A DNA stretch of 64,000 nt from an uncultured Candidatus Saccharibacteria bacterium (lineage in GTDB: Bacteria; Patescibacteriota; WWE3; UBA101185; UBA10185): positions 4,631 to 68,630 of the forward strand of contig CAZBAJ010000005.1 of NCBI GenBank assembly GCA_964490125.1. Reading direction: 5' to 3'. Every line of letters starts with the position of its first letter. Position 1 is the first letter of the stretch. A program made the position numbers and the translations under genes. The notes under the pieces were generated by a model that worked only from the letters and a program-made list of their open reading frames with translations, did no database searches and had not been told where the DNA came from. Below are positions 9,201-17,022 of the stretch, in pieces.

Positions 9201-10020
9201 TGAAAAAGACCTTAATTATTCCGGCAATGCGTCCACACTTACCAACTACCCCAGGCTTTGTAATACCGGCGCAACCGCGTTTAATAAGTCCAAAATTTCT
9301 GTTATGGGCAGTTTTGGCACGCCCTTTATTAGGTACGAGTCCCACGGGGAGGCTTTGTGCGACTCTTTTGAATTTCCCATGTTTGACCACGCTAGTGGGG
9401 CGGTGTTGGAGGTTCGTTCAAGAAATTTGGCGGGTATGCCGTTAAGACTTTGTTTAACTAATGAGTATTCAAAGCGGTGCGACTTATATGTGTCGCTCAC
9501 CAAAAATGTTGATTTTACCACGCAGTACTTTTTAGTTCCGCCTATGGGCAATGGTAGGGGCTACACGGTAAATTTTAGCAATTTAATTTTTGGGACTTCT
9601 GTAAGCATTAACGACTTGGAATATGTGGCTTTGGTGCCGTTTCCTTACTACTTGGTACGGGGTATTCACAAGCCACTTACTACTGTAGCTGGGCGACTTT
9701 TGGTTTACAACCAAGCCTTTGAAAACGGCTGGATCGCGTGGTGCGGGTTTAAGCCCTGTCGCGCGGAGCATGTTGTGGTGAATAATTGGGCAAATGGTTG
9801 GGTTTTTCCCTCGGTTCAGGGAGACTCGTCGGTTTCGTCCAGCTCGTCGTCCCAACAAGTCGGTCAACCACCTCAAAATCTATCACCGTCGTCCCCAAAT
9901 GTAATTATTTTCTTTTGGCCACAAGTTTTAGAGTATCTTGGTTTTGGCTTTTTAATCGGCTGGTTTGCTTTAGTCGTCCTGCTCCCAAAACTCCAAAATT
10001 ATAAAAAAAGCTTTGACTGA
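6289..10020 (+). CDS. very large polytopic membrane protein with extracytoplasmic domains (GT-C / YfhO- or AftD-like)
   Basis: About 1240 aa from the ATG at 6289. The track ORF begins at a GTG at 6250 that lies inside an upstream hairpin. About 13 N-terminal TM helices, an internal TM pair, a large central/C-terminal soluble region and a C-terminal anchor helix. Carries an in-frame GC-rich palindromic insertion at about 7537-7610. Confidence 0.5.
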   Translation: MLKIISFFKTNISGIVLVVICLYICRANYTPGTFLTGWDTLHPEFNYRIYLSRILDGVWQEHQSLGAVATQAHASEIPRILVLMLLDVFLPMNMVRYAYAFLMLILGPLGLYAFIKYVLRGRGFWTGEVAGFAGGLFYLFNLGTLQHFYVPLEMFLTHFGLLGWLFLTVVWFLREGSKKALVWFSVVTLFMTSQAHTATLFYAFFLYLVLYLLTYFVAHKCNGQIFKRAVLIITGTLVINLFWFLPNVYFAVTHGKEIQESKIHLLFSQEAFLQNKEFGNIKDTALLKSFLFNWGEYVGNNRYGDLLDEWKYHLQQPLVIPLGYAFFGMAVLGLIMAVVRRERELVGIGLMFLVGLFFIFNVNPPLGGVFVWLQDNIPLFKEAFRFPFTKFSIGLLFCYAVFFSYFVSVVVKVLGGWSAHPTNGLPAVGGIGTRLAGGRPPTRILAWLGFVVLLFLSFYYYAKPMFTGGLISPSMRVAIPQRYFDMFSYFDTQKEYGRVLNLPIHSMWGWVYHNWDPQTTLGYQGAGFLWFGIKQPLINREFDRWNLTNEKPYMEISTAIYSEDVATLEKLLDKYKIRWFLVDQSIVAPEQDVKQLFYPQIESLLKSSPKIKLEKDFGDGLAVYKYFPDKDFAQKEWLDTYYIAGDSTFKEPNDPIYNTYGNYAGNDEKSYPFVGITNYDESVKQGYITSDAKNLYFNNALAFSNLSANIAGNLFQYLVFLDKAGENYLLKFEPVEKSLELGFSYDLGKLDPNIVGVAINNSTVLSVVKPQVRQVVLLDPSQQVKISQLSQSSNLLTDTDFFSALENCSLVGEQTSYSLERVENGFVLLAQNVDACVTVNLQNYLADDAEGKTNGATSLIPGDSWSAGSIYQVTVGLGEGAVLNKQEVCVFDDVSGLCVNPPLADGKTFFTPLPGRNYSLRLFARGKKSLAREVRVEYSNLGLYTLKNEKESAFKPNLVLQKDLVLSKWQFEKDLNYSGNASTLTNYPRLCNTGATAFNKSKISVMGSFGTPFIRYESHGEALCDSFEFPMFDHASGAVLEVRSRNLAGMPLRLCLTNEYSKRCDLYVSLTKNVDFTTQYFLVPPMGNGRGYTVNFSNLIFGTSVSINDLEYVALVPFPYYLVRGIHKPLTTVAGRLLVYNQAFENGWIAWCGFKPCRAEHVVVNNWANGWVFPSVQGDSSVSSSSSSQQVGQPPQNLSPSSPNVIIFFWPQVLEYLGFGFLIGWFALVVLLPKLQNYKKSFD

Positions 10021-10039
10021 AGTGTAATATAATATTCAC

Positions 10040-10258
10040 ATGAAAAAAGCACGCAAAACATTGTACGGAAACATGGTTGCTATTATTCAACCCGCGGAGG
10101 AGGGGGGTTTTTATGCCTACTGTCCTTCTTTACCCGGTTGTGCCAGCCAGGGAGAAACTTATGCTCAAACTGTAGAAAATATTACGGAGGCAATTCAGGG
10201 CGTGCTGTACTATTCTGCCAGGAGCTTAATAAAGTCAAAAGTCTTATGCGCCTTCTGA
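10040..10258 (+). CDS. HicB-like (UPF0150 family) small protein, orphan
   Basis: AIIQPAEEGGFYAYCPSLPGCASQGETYAQTVENITEAIQ matches the HicB/UPF0150 core. No HicA partner seen. The 3' end overlaps the convergent vapC. Confidence 0.4.
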   Translation: MKKARKTLYGNMVAIIQPAEEGGFYAYCPSLPGCASQGETYAQTVENITEAIQGVLYYSARSLIKSKVLCAF

Positions 10259-10641
10259 TAGAACAGGCCGTCTGCAGTTACATAATTACACCCCATCTTT
10301 TTTGCCAACGCTAAGAAGATACAGTCGTACACTGCTGTCTCTCCAAGCACCGATGATAGTTCAAAAGCCTGTTTTAATAACGGTGTGTCTTCTTTTATAT
10401 AAATAAAGTCAGCGTTATCAAATGTCTTAATTATTTCGGTAATTTGGTCGTTGCTTAATATTCCCCATTTAGCTTTTTTAGTTAATGTAGAGATAAACTC
10501 TATTTTTGCTAGATTTGGGCAATAGATCTTTGTTTTAGCATTTTCCAGCTTTTCCAACAGAACCAACGCAAGATGAGAATCGTCTTCTTGTAAGAATATT
10601 TTTACTAGAACACTAGTATCCAGTACGGTCTTAGATGTCAT
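10210..10641 (-). CDS. vapC: PIN-domain ribonuclease toxin VapC
   Basis: N-terminal VLDTSVLV acidic motif. A conserved D/E pattern follows. 143 aa. Confidence 0.7.
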   Translation of the reverse strand: MTSKTVLDTSVLVKIFLQEDDSHLALVLLEKLENAKTKIYCPNLAKIEFISTLTKKAKWGILSNDQITEIIKTFDNADFIYIKEDTPLLKQAFELSSVLGETAVYDCIFLALAKKMGCNYVTADGLFYQKAHKTFDFIKLLAE

Positions 10642-10774
10642 GTCCCCTAAATTTCCTTATAATGGGGACAGAACTTTCAGACACCTTTAAAGTTTTTGCA
10701 TAGGCCACAGCGCCACGCAACACCTTCCAATTTACATCTTTATTTGTAATTCTTTTTCTTGCTACTTTTTCCAT
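10624..10774 (-). CDS. small putative antitoxin (50 aa) overlapping the vapC start
   Basis: My manual translation of the minus strand gives MEKVARKRITNKDVNWKVLRGAVAYAKTLKVSESSVPIIRKFRGHDI. It is below the ORF-track size cutoff. An overlap of about 17 nt with vapC is classic antitoxin-toxin coupling. Confidence 0.35.
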
Positions 10775-10978
10775 GTTTTTGTTTTATCACAAACTATTTT
10801 ATTTGTCTAATTGTCAAGTACGGTGTAGTCACTAATCGTCATGCTCTCTGATTTTCCTTATTATGGGCAAGGAAGCTGGTGTAACGGGCATAGTCGCCAA
10901 ATGGTTTCTTATCATAGCCATCATTTTTTTATTGTCTTTAATTGGTCTTTTCATGACTCACTTTTACCACAAGGTTTG

Positions 10979-11752
10979 TCATTTGCCCAAGATATCTTTG
11001 GCGTAACTTATGGCGTTTTTTGCCATGGGTAGGGTGATATTTTGATACTGGGCGGGAATTTCGTTAACGCTATAGCCTGCTTCAACAAGCCCAAGAATAT
11101 CTGCCACCGTGATACGAGTGCCTTTAATGACGGGTTTCCCAAACCTAATGTTTTGATCCACGCCCACATACTTATTTTGTAGTTTTTGCATAGACGGATT
11201 ATACACCGTTTTCCTAATTTCTTGGACTTTTTTCTGATCCACGGCCAGAGGATTGCCCAGGTAATATTTTGGTTTGTAGTATAGCAGATCCGCTAAGGCC
11301 CTCTCCGGGGTAGCTTGTGAAAATGTCTCCTTGTCCTCTATACCCGCTCTATTTACTAGATACTCTGGTTTTAATTGTTTGCATCTCACTATTTTGTCGC
11401 CATATTTTATGGTTTGACTTTTTTGACCAGCCAAAACAACGGGAGTTATATTTTGGAACATTGCACCCGCCTTGCTTAGTACCGTTTCCAGCGTAATGTA
11501 CGACAGGGGACCGCACAGGGTGCAGGCAACCTCGTAGTCACTAAGCCTGCTAAGCGGGAGTTTGGAGTACACGCCTTTTTTTACTCTATATAACTTGGCG
11601 TCTGCTACATAGCGCTTAATGGTAGTCCAAAGGGTATTTTTGTCTTGAATGTCCCATAAAACCCCTAGATCTTTAGTGGTAAAGATATTTTTAGGCGTTT
11701 CTATTAGTGTTTGTAGTTTTTTAGTCCTGTACATTATTGTACAGGATAACAC
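10979..11752 (-). CDS. AbiEi-like N-terminal domain fused to a C-terminal DUF433 domain
   Basis: The N-terminus (TKKLQTLIETPKNIFTTKDLGVLWDIQDKNTLWTTIKRYVADAKLYRVKKGVY) resembles the AbiEi antitoxin wHTH. The C-terminus (GKPVIKGTRITVADILGLVEAGYSVNEIPAQY) is a DUF433 signature. Confidence 0.5.
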   Translation of the reverse strand: MLSCTIMYRTKKLQTLIETPKNIFTTKDLGVLWDIQDKNTLWTTIKRYVADAKLYRVKKGVYSKLPLSRLSDYEVACTLCGPLSYITLETVLSKAGAMFQNITPVVLAGQKSQTIKYGDKIVRCKQLKPEYLVNRAGIEDKETFSQATPERALADLLYYKPKYYLGNPLAVDQKKVQEIRKTVYNPSMQKLQNKYVGVDQNIRFGKPVIKGTRITVADILGLVEAGYSVNEIPAQYQNITLPMAKNAISYAKDILGK

Positions 11753-11889
11753 AACCTGTTCGTGGTGTCAAGACACTGTACTAGTTGCAGATCTATTAAA
11801 GAGATAATTCAGTATCTATTTAAAAAGCGTGAGATAATGAAATAAGTCAAGTTCAAGCAAGAGTCGCCAAAAACCGACAACCTATAGTA

Positions 11890-11918
11890 TTGACATAGTC
11901 TACCGAGTAGGTTACAAT
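11890..11918 (+). promoter_or_regulatory. strong sigma70-like promoter TTGACA-N17-TACAAT with upstream CCTATAGTATTG motif
   Basis: TTGACA at 11890-11895, a 17-nt spacer, TACAAT at 11913-11918. Predicted TSS near 11925. A 5-bp hairpin plus T7 tract follows at 11931-11952. Confidence 0.5.
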
Positions 11919-11983
11919 GATAATTGTTTGAGGCTGGTATACAGCCTTTTTTTGTAAATTCCACCTGCCTAAAAAAATATATT

Positions 11984-13456
11984 ATGCCGTTTGGTAAAAA
12001 TAGTGCCAATAAAAACGCAGGTTTGCAAACAAAACGCGTAAAATTACCCGTTGCGTTTTTGGTAGTCGTGCTTGCCGTGCTTGAAACAGTAAGCTTTGCC
12101 ATGGTTTTTAAGACTCACAAAACACATTTAGATACCCTTACCAGTTTAATGGGCGACAAGTTGGAGTCGGATGACAGAGAACAGATCAAGGGTGAAACTG
12201 ACGAGCAACAGGAGCAAGGATATACACAGAACGACCCGGGTTCGTGGTTTTGGCGCAATTCGCAAAGTCAAACAAAACTAGCTGCCAATAAAGATAATAA
12301 CAATAGCGAGGACAAAAAAGAGGGGAGTAATAAAAACAAAAAGGAGCCTAAGGGTAAAAAGAAGGTTGTACCTCCGGTCAATCCGGCAAATCAACTTCCC
12401 AGTGTGACAATAGACCTTGGTTTAGAGGGAAAAAGCTTTAAATACGGAGAAACTGTGTCAATAGCTGTCACTTCTACCGACTTTGATGGGGTGGTGCGGG
12501 AGCTTAGCCTTGTTGTTAACGACATTGTTAATGAGACTGTTGTAACATCGTCCCACATTTTTAACCTAGAATCCCTGCCGTTAGGTGTGTATAGGATTTA
12601 TGCTAAAGCTCTTGACGACAAGGGGGGAGAGGGAGTTTCCAGGACGATTACGATTTATGTTGACCCGCTTAACGCGTTTGACCCGGATATTTCTGAACCT
12701 ATTTCTGAGCCCATTTCGGATAGTATTTCCTCTGTTATTTCAGATACCGTGTCGGCAATAGTGTCCGAACCCATTTCTGAGGCAATTTCGGAGGCTCTAA
12801 GTACCGATGTTTCCAGTATTATTAGCGACATTATTTCTACACCTGTTTCCGATACCATATCATCGACAATGTCCGAAGCCATTAGCGATGTTGTCTCTAC
12901 GCCATTGTCGGATGAAATAAGTGACACGGTTTCAGCAGTGATTTCGGATGTCCTGAGTTCGGATATTTCCAACATTGTAAGCGATGTAGTTTCCACTCCC
13001 ATTTCGGATACCATATCAACGATAGTGTCCGACGCTATCAGCAATGTTGTCTCCACGCCATTGTCGGATGTAATAAGCGATGCGATCTCATCGGTAATTT
13101 CGGGTGATATATCCCAAACCATATCGTCCATACTTTCTAGCGACCTTTCTAGTGCGATTAGTGCGCCAATATCGCAAATCCTATCCCAAGATCTTTCGGC
13201 AGGCATATCGGACGCCGTATCCGATTTAATTTCCGATGTCCTAAGTACCGAAATATCCGATGTTTTGAGTGACGCGGTATCGACAGCTCTATCTGATACT
13301 GTCAGCGGGGTCATTTCTCAAGTTGTAAGTAGTCCTATTTCTGTTGTAATCAGCGATACACTGTCGACTCCTGTTTCGGGAACCTTATCGTCAGTAATCT
13401 CTGATGCTACTAGCGAGTCAGTTTCCGACTTTATTTCTACATTGTTAAGCCATTAA
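11984..13456 (+). CDS. membrane-anchored Ser-periodic tetrapeptide-repeat protein, (S-x-x-I/V/L) about 58 units
   Basis: ATG at 11984 (MPFGKNSANK...) followed by a signal-anchor helix. The track start at TTG 11924 coincides with the predicted TSS. Lys/Glu-rich spacer, a beta-rich domain of about 90 aa, then an uninterrupted array SEPISEAISEALSTDVSSIISDIISTPVSDTIS... with Ser every 4th and an aliphatic residue every 4th position, running to the C-terminus. Confidence 0.7.
   Translation: MPFGKNSANKNAGLQTKRVKLPVAFLVVVLAVLETVSFAMVFKTHKTHLDTLTSLMGDKLESDDREQIKGETDEQQEQGYTQNDPGSWFWRNSQSQTKLAANKDNNNSEDKKEGSNKNKKEPKGKKKVVPPVNPANQLPSVTIDLGLEGKSFKYGETVSIAVTSTDFDGVVRELSLVVNDIVNETVVTSSHIFNLESLPLGVYRIYAKALDDKGGEGVSRTITIYVDPLNAFDPDISEPISEPISDSISSVISDTVSAIVSEPISEAISEALSTDVSSIISDIISTPVSDTISSTMSEAISDVVSTPLSDEISDTVSAVISDVLSSDISNIVSDVVSTPISDTISTIVSDAISNVVSTPLSDVISDAISSVISGDISQTISSILSSDLSSAISAPISQILSQDLSAGISDAVSDLISDVLSTEISDVLSDAVSTALSDTVSGVISQVVSSPISVVISDTLSTPVSGTLSSVISDATSESVSDFISTLLSH
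12686..13447 (+). repeat. degenerate 12-nt (4-codon) tandem repeat inside the CDS
   Basis: Repeating units of the form tcNgaNNNNatN/tcNNNNgtN across about 760 nt. Codons vary between units, so this is not recent slippage, but the S-x-x-aliphatic period is strict. The antisense ORF 12655-13314 is an artefact of this repeat. Confidence 0.8.
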
Positions 13457-13488
13457 CTTGGCGTTACTATATTGTTAGATACTAATTT

Positions 13489-15336
13489 ATGTCATCAAAA
13501 ACAAACATCTTGGATAAGGCTTTGTGGGCGGTTTGGATTTTAATTTGCGTCGGTCAGGCGGTTGTTTTTAGTGGCGCCTACATAAGTGTCTACGATCTTC
13601 CAAAGATCCTAGTTTTGTGCGGGGGTATTTGCGGGCTTTGTTTTTTACTGCTTGTTAAGCGTCAAACAAAGGTAAGTATCGCGTTACTTTACACTCTGGG
13701 TATTTTTATTGCTCTAGTCGCCTTTAATATGGTTTTTTCCACCAATAGGTACAGGTCGTTTTGGGGCGATAAAGTCTACAACGACAGTTTTTTAGCCTTT
13801 ATTCTCTATTTTGTATTGCTAGCTTTGGTGTCGTTTGACCTACTTAAGACAAAGACCATTCTCGCTGGAATAAACTTATTAGGACTTCTTGTGGCAATTT
13901 CTGGTCTAATTCACGCTTATTTACTTTACATTCTTAAGCTTGACATTGTTTCGTACGACGGGCGTATTACTGGAACAATCGGGCAGGCAAATATCCTTGG
14001 GGGAATATTAGTTGCCGTTTTGCCGGTATCTATTTTGCTGTTTACCCGGTCAACCAGGCTTTTACACAAGATTTCTTATGCCGTTAGCGCCTTAATTATT
14101 TTTGCTTGTTTGCTGGTTTCCATGTCCAGGGGCGCTTTTTTGGCTTTAGGAGTGTTGGCTCTGGTGGAAATTGTTGTTAGGTTGAAAAGGGCTAAGTGGC
14201 GATTGGTGTTTTTAATGCTTGTTACAGCGTTTATTGCCGGTTTATTTTTTGTTCCAAAGGATTTAATAGCAAATTCAAAGTCGCCCTACCTTATTAGACG
14301 CTTTTTTTCTTTTAGAGATGGAAATAAGCTTTCTGACATTAGGTTTGAGATTTGGAAAAACTCCATTCCCGCGATTGCTAAAAAACCCTTAACAGGGTGG
14401 GGAAACGCAACTTTTCAAAATGTCTACCAGATGCACATAAATCCCACAAACGCCAATCAGACCCTTTTTAAGGAGGTGGAGACATCTCACAACATTGTCA
14501 TAGACGCCCTTTTGGAGTGGGGAATTGTGGCGTTTCTAGTTGTTTTGGTAGGAGTAGTCGTACTTGCTAACAAGTCGTCCGCTCCAAAACTGGTCAAATA
14601 CGGCTTATTGGCGGTGTTCATAAGGAGTCTTATTAACATAAATTCCGGTATAGTTTGGTTCTTATTTTTTGTCTATGTGGGTTTGTTGGTGCGGGACTTT
14701 AGGGGCAGGCAGTTTGACTTAGTGGGGAAGCGTTTGTTGGCGGTTTGGGTGACACTTTTTGCCCTTTCTGTGGCGATTTTTTGGTTGTTTATTAATTTTG
14801 GTCGGGCAGAGGTCTATGAAAAAAAGGCTCTAAAAGAGGGCGACGCCAGTAAGTCGGCGGAATACTACAAAACCGCTTTAAGCCATAATCCGTATAAAGA
14901 ATCGTTGTGGGGCAGTTATTTAGCGTTGTTGCTCTGGAAAGGGGATTTAACCCAGTTTGAACAGACGCTAAAGACGGTCGACACGCATTTTAATGACTAC
15001 CGTGGTAATTTTTACGCCGGGCTTTACTACATGCGACTAGGGGAGACCCACAAGGCTGTTGATCGCTTTAATACCGCCTATAAGCTAAACGCCAGGGATC
15101 CAAAAACTACCCACTATTTGGGACAATTGTATTATTCTCTGGGCGACCATTCTAGGGCGGAACAGATGTTCTTGTACACTGTCAACCTGGATGTTAGGAA
15201 CTTCAACGACGATTATATTTACCTTTGCGACATTGAGATAAGGCGGGGGGATTACAAGAAAGCCAGGAAGTACATGGAACAAGCCCCGGATTCGTCTAGG
15301 AAAGACTATTACGACAACCTCCTTAGGGGGCATTAG
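13489..15336 (+). CDS. Wzy_C-family (O-antigen ligase / PglL-like O-oligosaccharyltransferase-like) membrane protein with C-terminal TPR repeats
   Basis: About 12 TM helices with a periplasmic loop containing an ...SMSRGAFLALGV... Wzy_C-type motif. The C-terminal 180 aa form TPR-like helical repeats. Lies immediately downstream of the Ser-repeat protein. Confidence 0.55.
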   Translation: MSSKTNILDKALWAVWILICVGQAVVFSGAYISVYDLPKILVLCGGICGLCFLLLVKRQTKVSIALLYTLGIFIALVAFNMVFSTNRYRSFWGDKVYNDSFLAFILYFVLLALVSFDLLKTKTILAGINLLGLLVAISGLIHAYLLYILKLDIVSYDGRITGTIGQANILGGILVAVLPVSILLFTRSTRLLHKISYAVSALIIFACLLVSMSRGAFLALGVLALVEIVVRLKRAKWRLVFLMLVTAFIAGLFFVPKDLIANSKSPYLIRRFFSFRDGNKLSDIRFEIWKNSIPAIAKKPLTGWGNATFQNVYQMHINPTNANQTLFKEVETSHNIVIDALLEWGIVAFLVVLVGVVVLANKSSAPKLVKYGLLAVFIRSLININSGIVWFLFFVYVGLLVRDFRGRQFDLVGKRLLAVWVTLFALSVAIFWLFINFGRAEVYEKKALKEGDASKSAEYYKTALSHNPYKESLWGSYLALLLWKGDLTQFEQTLKTVDTHFNDYRGNFYAGLYYMRLGETHKAVDRFNTAYKLNARDPKTTHYLGQLYYSLGDHSRAEQMFLYTVNLDVRNFNDDYIYLCDIEIRRGDYKKARKYMEQAPDSSRKDYYDNLLRGH

Positions 15337-15364
15337 CAGGTCAGGTTTGCTTAAGCCCATAGTA

Positions 15365-15393
15365 TTGACAGAACTAGAAAAGTAGGCTACAAT
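15365..15393 (+). promoter_or_regulatory. strong sigma70-like promoter TTGACA-N17-TACAAT with upstream CCCATAGTATTG motif
   Basis: TTGACA at 15365-15370, a 17-nt spacer ending AGTAGGC, TACAAT at 15388-15393. Shares the extended AGTAGGYTACAAT and CCYATAGTATTGACA with the promoter at 11890. Confidence 0.5.
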
Positions 15394-15448
15394 TAGCCTT
15401 GTTAGCAGTTAGCTAAGTATTAAATTATCCTGCCAAATAAAGGTAAAT

Positions 15449-16060
15449 ATGACTAAAAGCGTTAACTACAAGTTAATAGGTGCCTTAGTAGTAGCCAGTT
15501 CCGTAGGTGTGTTAAGTGGTGGAGTAGCCTATGCCGGTTGTACTTCTAACTACGGTGGTGGTCAAACCTGTATCTACAACAAAAACTTTGACATTGAGAA
15601 AAAGGTTAGAAAGTTAGGGGACGACTCCTGGAAGGATAAAGTAACCGGAGTTGACGAGGGTGAAGTTGTAGAATTTAAGATAAAGGTAAAAAATGAAGGG
15701 GAAGTTAGTGTAGATGACATGAAAATGTCTGATAAACTTCCTAAAGAGATGGAAAGAGTTGGCGGAGACGGTTTGACCGAATATTGGGACGACTTTGATG
15801 CTGGCGAGACCAAAACCTTTATTATAAAGGCTAAGGTTAAAGACAGCGAGTACGATAGAAAAAACTTTGAGAAGTGTGTGGTCAACAAAGCCGAGGTTTT
15901 GTACGACGGTGATGATGAGGCTTCTGATACCGCTACTGTGTGTTACAGCGACGGTGCTCCTACCGAGTTACCTAAAACTGGTGGAAGCTCCTTGTTTTAC
16001 GGGTTTCTTGGTTTAGGTCTTACAGCTTTTGGCGCTTTTGCTAAAAAGCTAAAAAAGTAA
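15449..16060 (+). CDS. LPXTG-type cell-surface protein (sortase substrate)
   Basis: N-terminal signal peptide. C-terminal sorting signal LPKTGG followed by a hydrophobic stretch and a KKLKK tail. The central acidic beta-rich domain resembles DUF11. Confidence 0.65.
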   Translation: MTKSVNYKLIGALVVASSVGVLSGGVAYAGCTSNYGGGQTCIYNKNFDIEKKVRKLGDDSWKDKVTGVDEGEVVEFKIKVKNEGEVSVDDMKMSDKLPKEMERVGGDGLTEYWDDFDAGETKTFIIKAKVKDSEYDRKNFEKCVVNKAEVLYDGDDEASDTATVCYSDGAPTELPKTGGSSLFYGFLGLGLTAFGAFAKKLKK

Positions 16061-16135
16061 AACGACCAAACCAATCCTGTTAATCTCGTGATTATATGTT
16101 GACACGCGGGTCCGCTTTGATTTGACTTGGAAAAA

Positions 16136-16203
16136 CTTAGACCTAGGGTGGAGGGGAGTGGTTTGCCGTACAGCTTACTAGCCCCTTCCATCCTAGGTCT
16201 AAG
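16136..16203. other. long imperfect inverted repeat (about 21-bp arms, 25-nt loop) in the substrate-sortase intergenic region
   Basis: cttagacctagggtggagggg ... ccccttccatcctaggtctaag. Upstream at 16105-16119 is cgcgggtccgctttg, a truncated relative of the GC-rich element family. Downstream is a CAA-rich tract. Confidence 0.5.
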
Positions 16204-16304
16204 TGTCGCCATGCTACGGTACGCTAATGGCAACAGCAACACTAACAACAACAATAAGTGACGACATTTAAACATAAATTTTTCCAAATGCAATATGTAA
16301 TACT

Positions 16305-17012
16305 ATGACAAATATTTTAGCCAACAGAAAACTATCGACTGGGATTTTAGGAGGCATAGCATTTGTATTTGCTGTAGTTTTATTCTCCAAGTTATTCTTA
16401 AAGACAAATAACATCGGAGGATTTGCTGTTTGGGTTAATTCTTTTGGGAAAACTATTACCAATAAATTGGGTTTGGGGGATAGTACATCGACTTTTGGTA
16501 AAAATTCAGGCAAAGAGGCAAATCCATCCGTTTTTAAAGAAGTCGCAAAACCTGTTTATTTGTCGCCCAAAACTATTACTTTTAAGGATAAAACTTTAGA
16601 TGTGGAGGAAATTGGCGTGGAACAAGGCGGAATACTAGGTGTGCCTTCCGGTTGGTATACTGCAGGTTGGTATAAGGACGGGGCAAAAGCAGGAGAGGAA
16701 GGCAATGTAATTATTGACGGTCATTACGATACTAATACCGGCGCGCCCGGCGCGTTTTGGGAGTTGAAAGATCTACAAGTTGGTGATAAAGTGTCGTTAA
16801 CGGACTTATTAGGTCGCAGATTTGATTATAAAGTCAAAGAAAAGTCGTCAATAGCCATTACCGATCCCGAAAGAGCCAAAGTTTTTGCAAGTTCGCAAGC
16901 TAAAGAGTTAACTTTAATTACTTGCGGAGGCGTTTGGGACTATGCCAGTGGAACTTACAACAAGCGACTTGTAATTAAAGCGGAATTTGATAAGATGGAA
17001 AAAAGTTGGTAG
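16305..17012 (+). CDS. sortase (transpeptidase)
   Basis: N-terminal TM anchor. Catalytic His region (IDGHYDT). TLxTC motif (LTLITCGG). Downstream Arg. Confidence 0.75.
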   Translation: MTNILANRKLSTGILGGIAFVFAVVLFSKLFLKTNNIGGFAVWVNSFGKTITNKLGLGDSTSTFGKNSGKEANPSVFKEVAKPVYLSPKTITFKDKTLDVEEIGVEQGGILGVPSGWYTAGWYKDGAKAGEEGNVIIDGHYDTNTGAPGAFWELKDLQVGDKVSLTDLLGRRFDYKVKEKSSIAITDPERAKVFASSQAKELTLITCGGVWDYASGTYNKRLVIKAEFDKMEKSW

Positions 17013-17022
17013 TTTCCTTTTT

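Noticed and set aside
12655-13314. 219-aa ORF on the minus strand
   Set aside because: It is antisense to the SxxΦ tandem repeat. The periodic sequence keeps every frame open. No start context, and the composition mirrors the sense strand.
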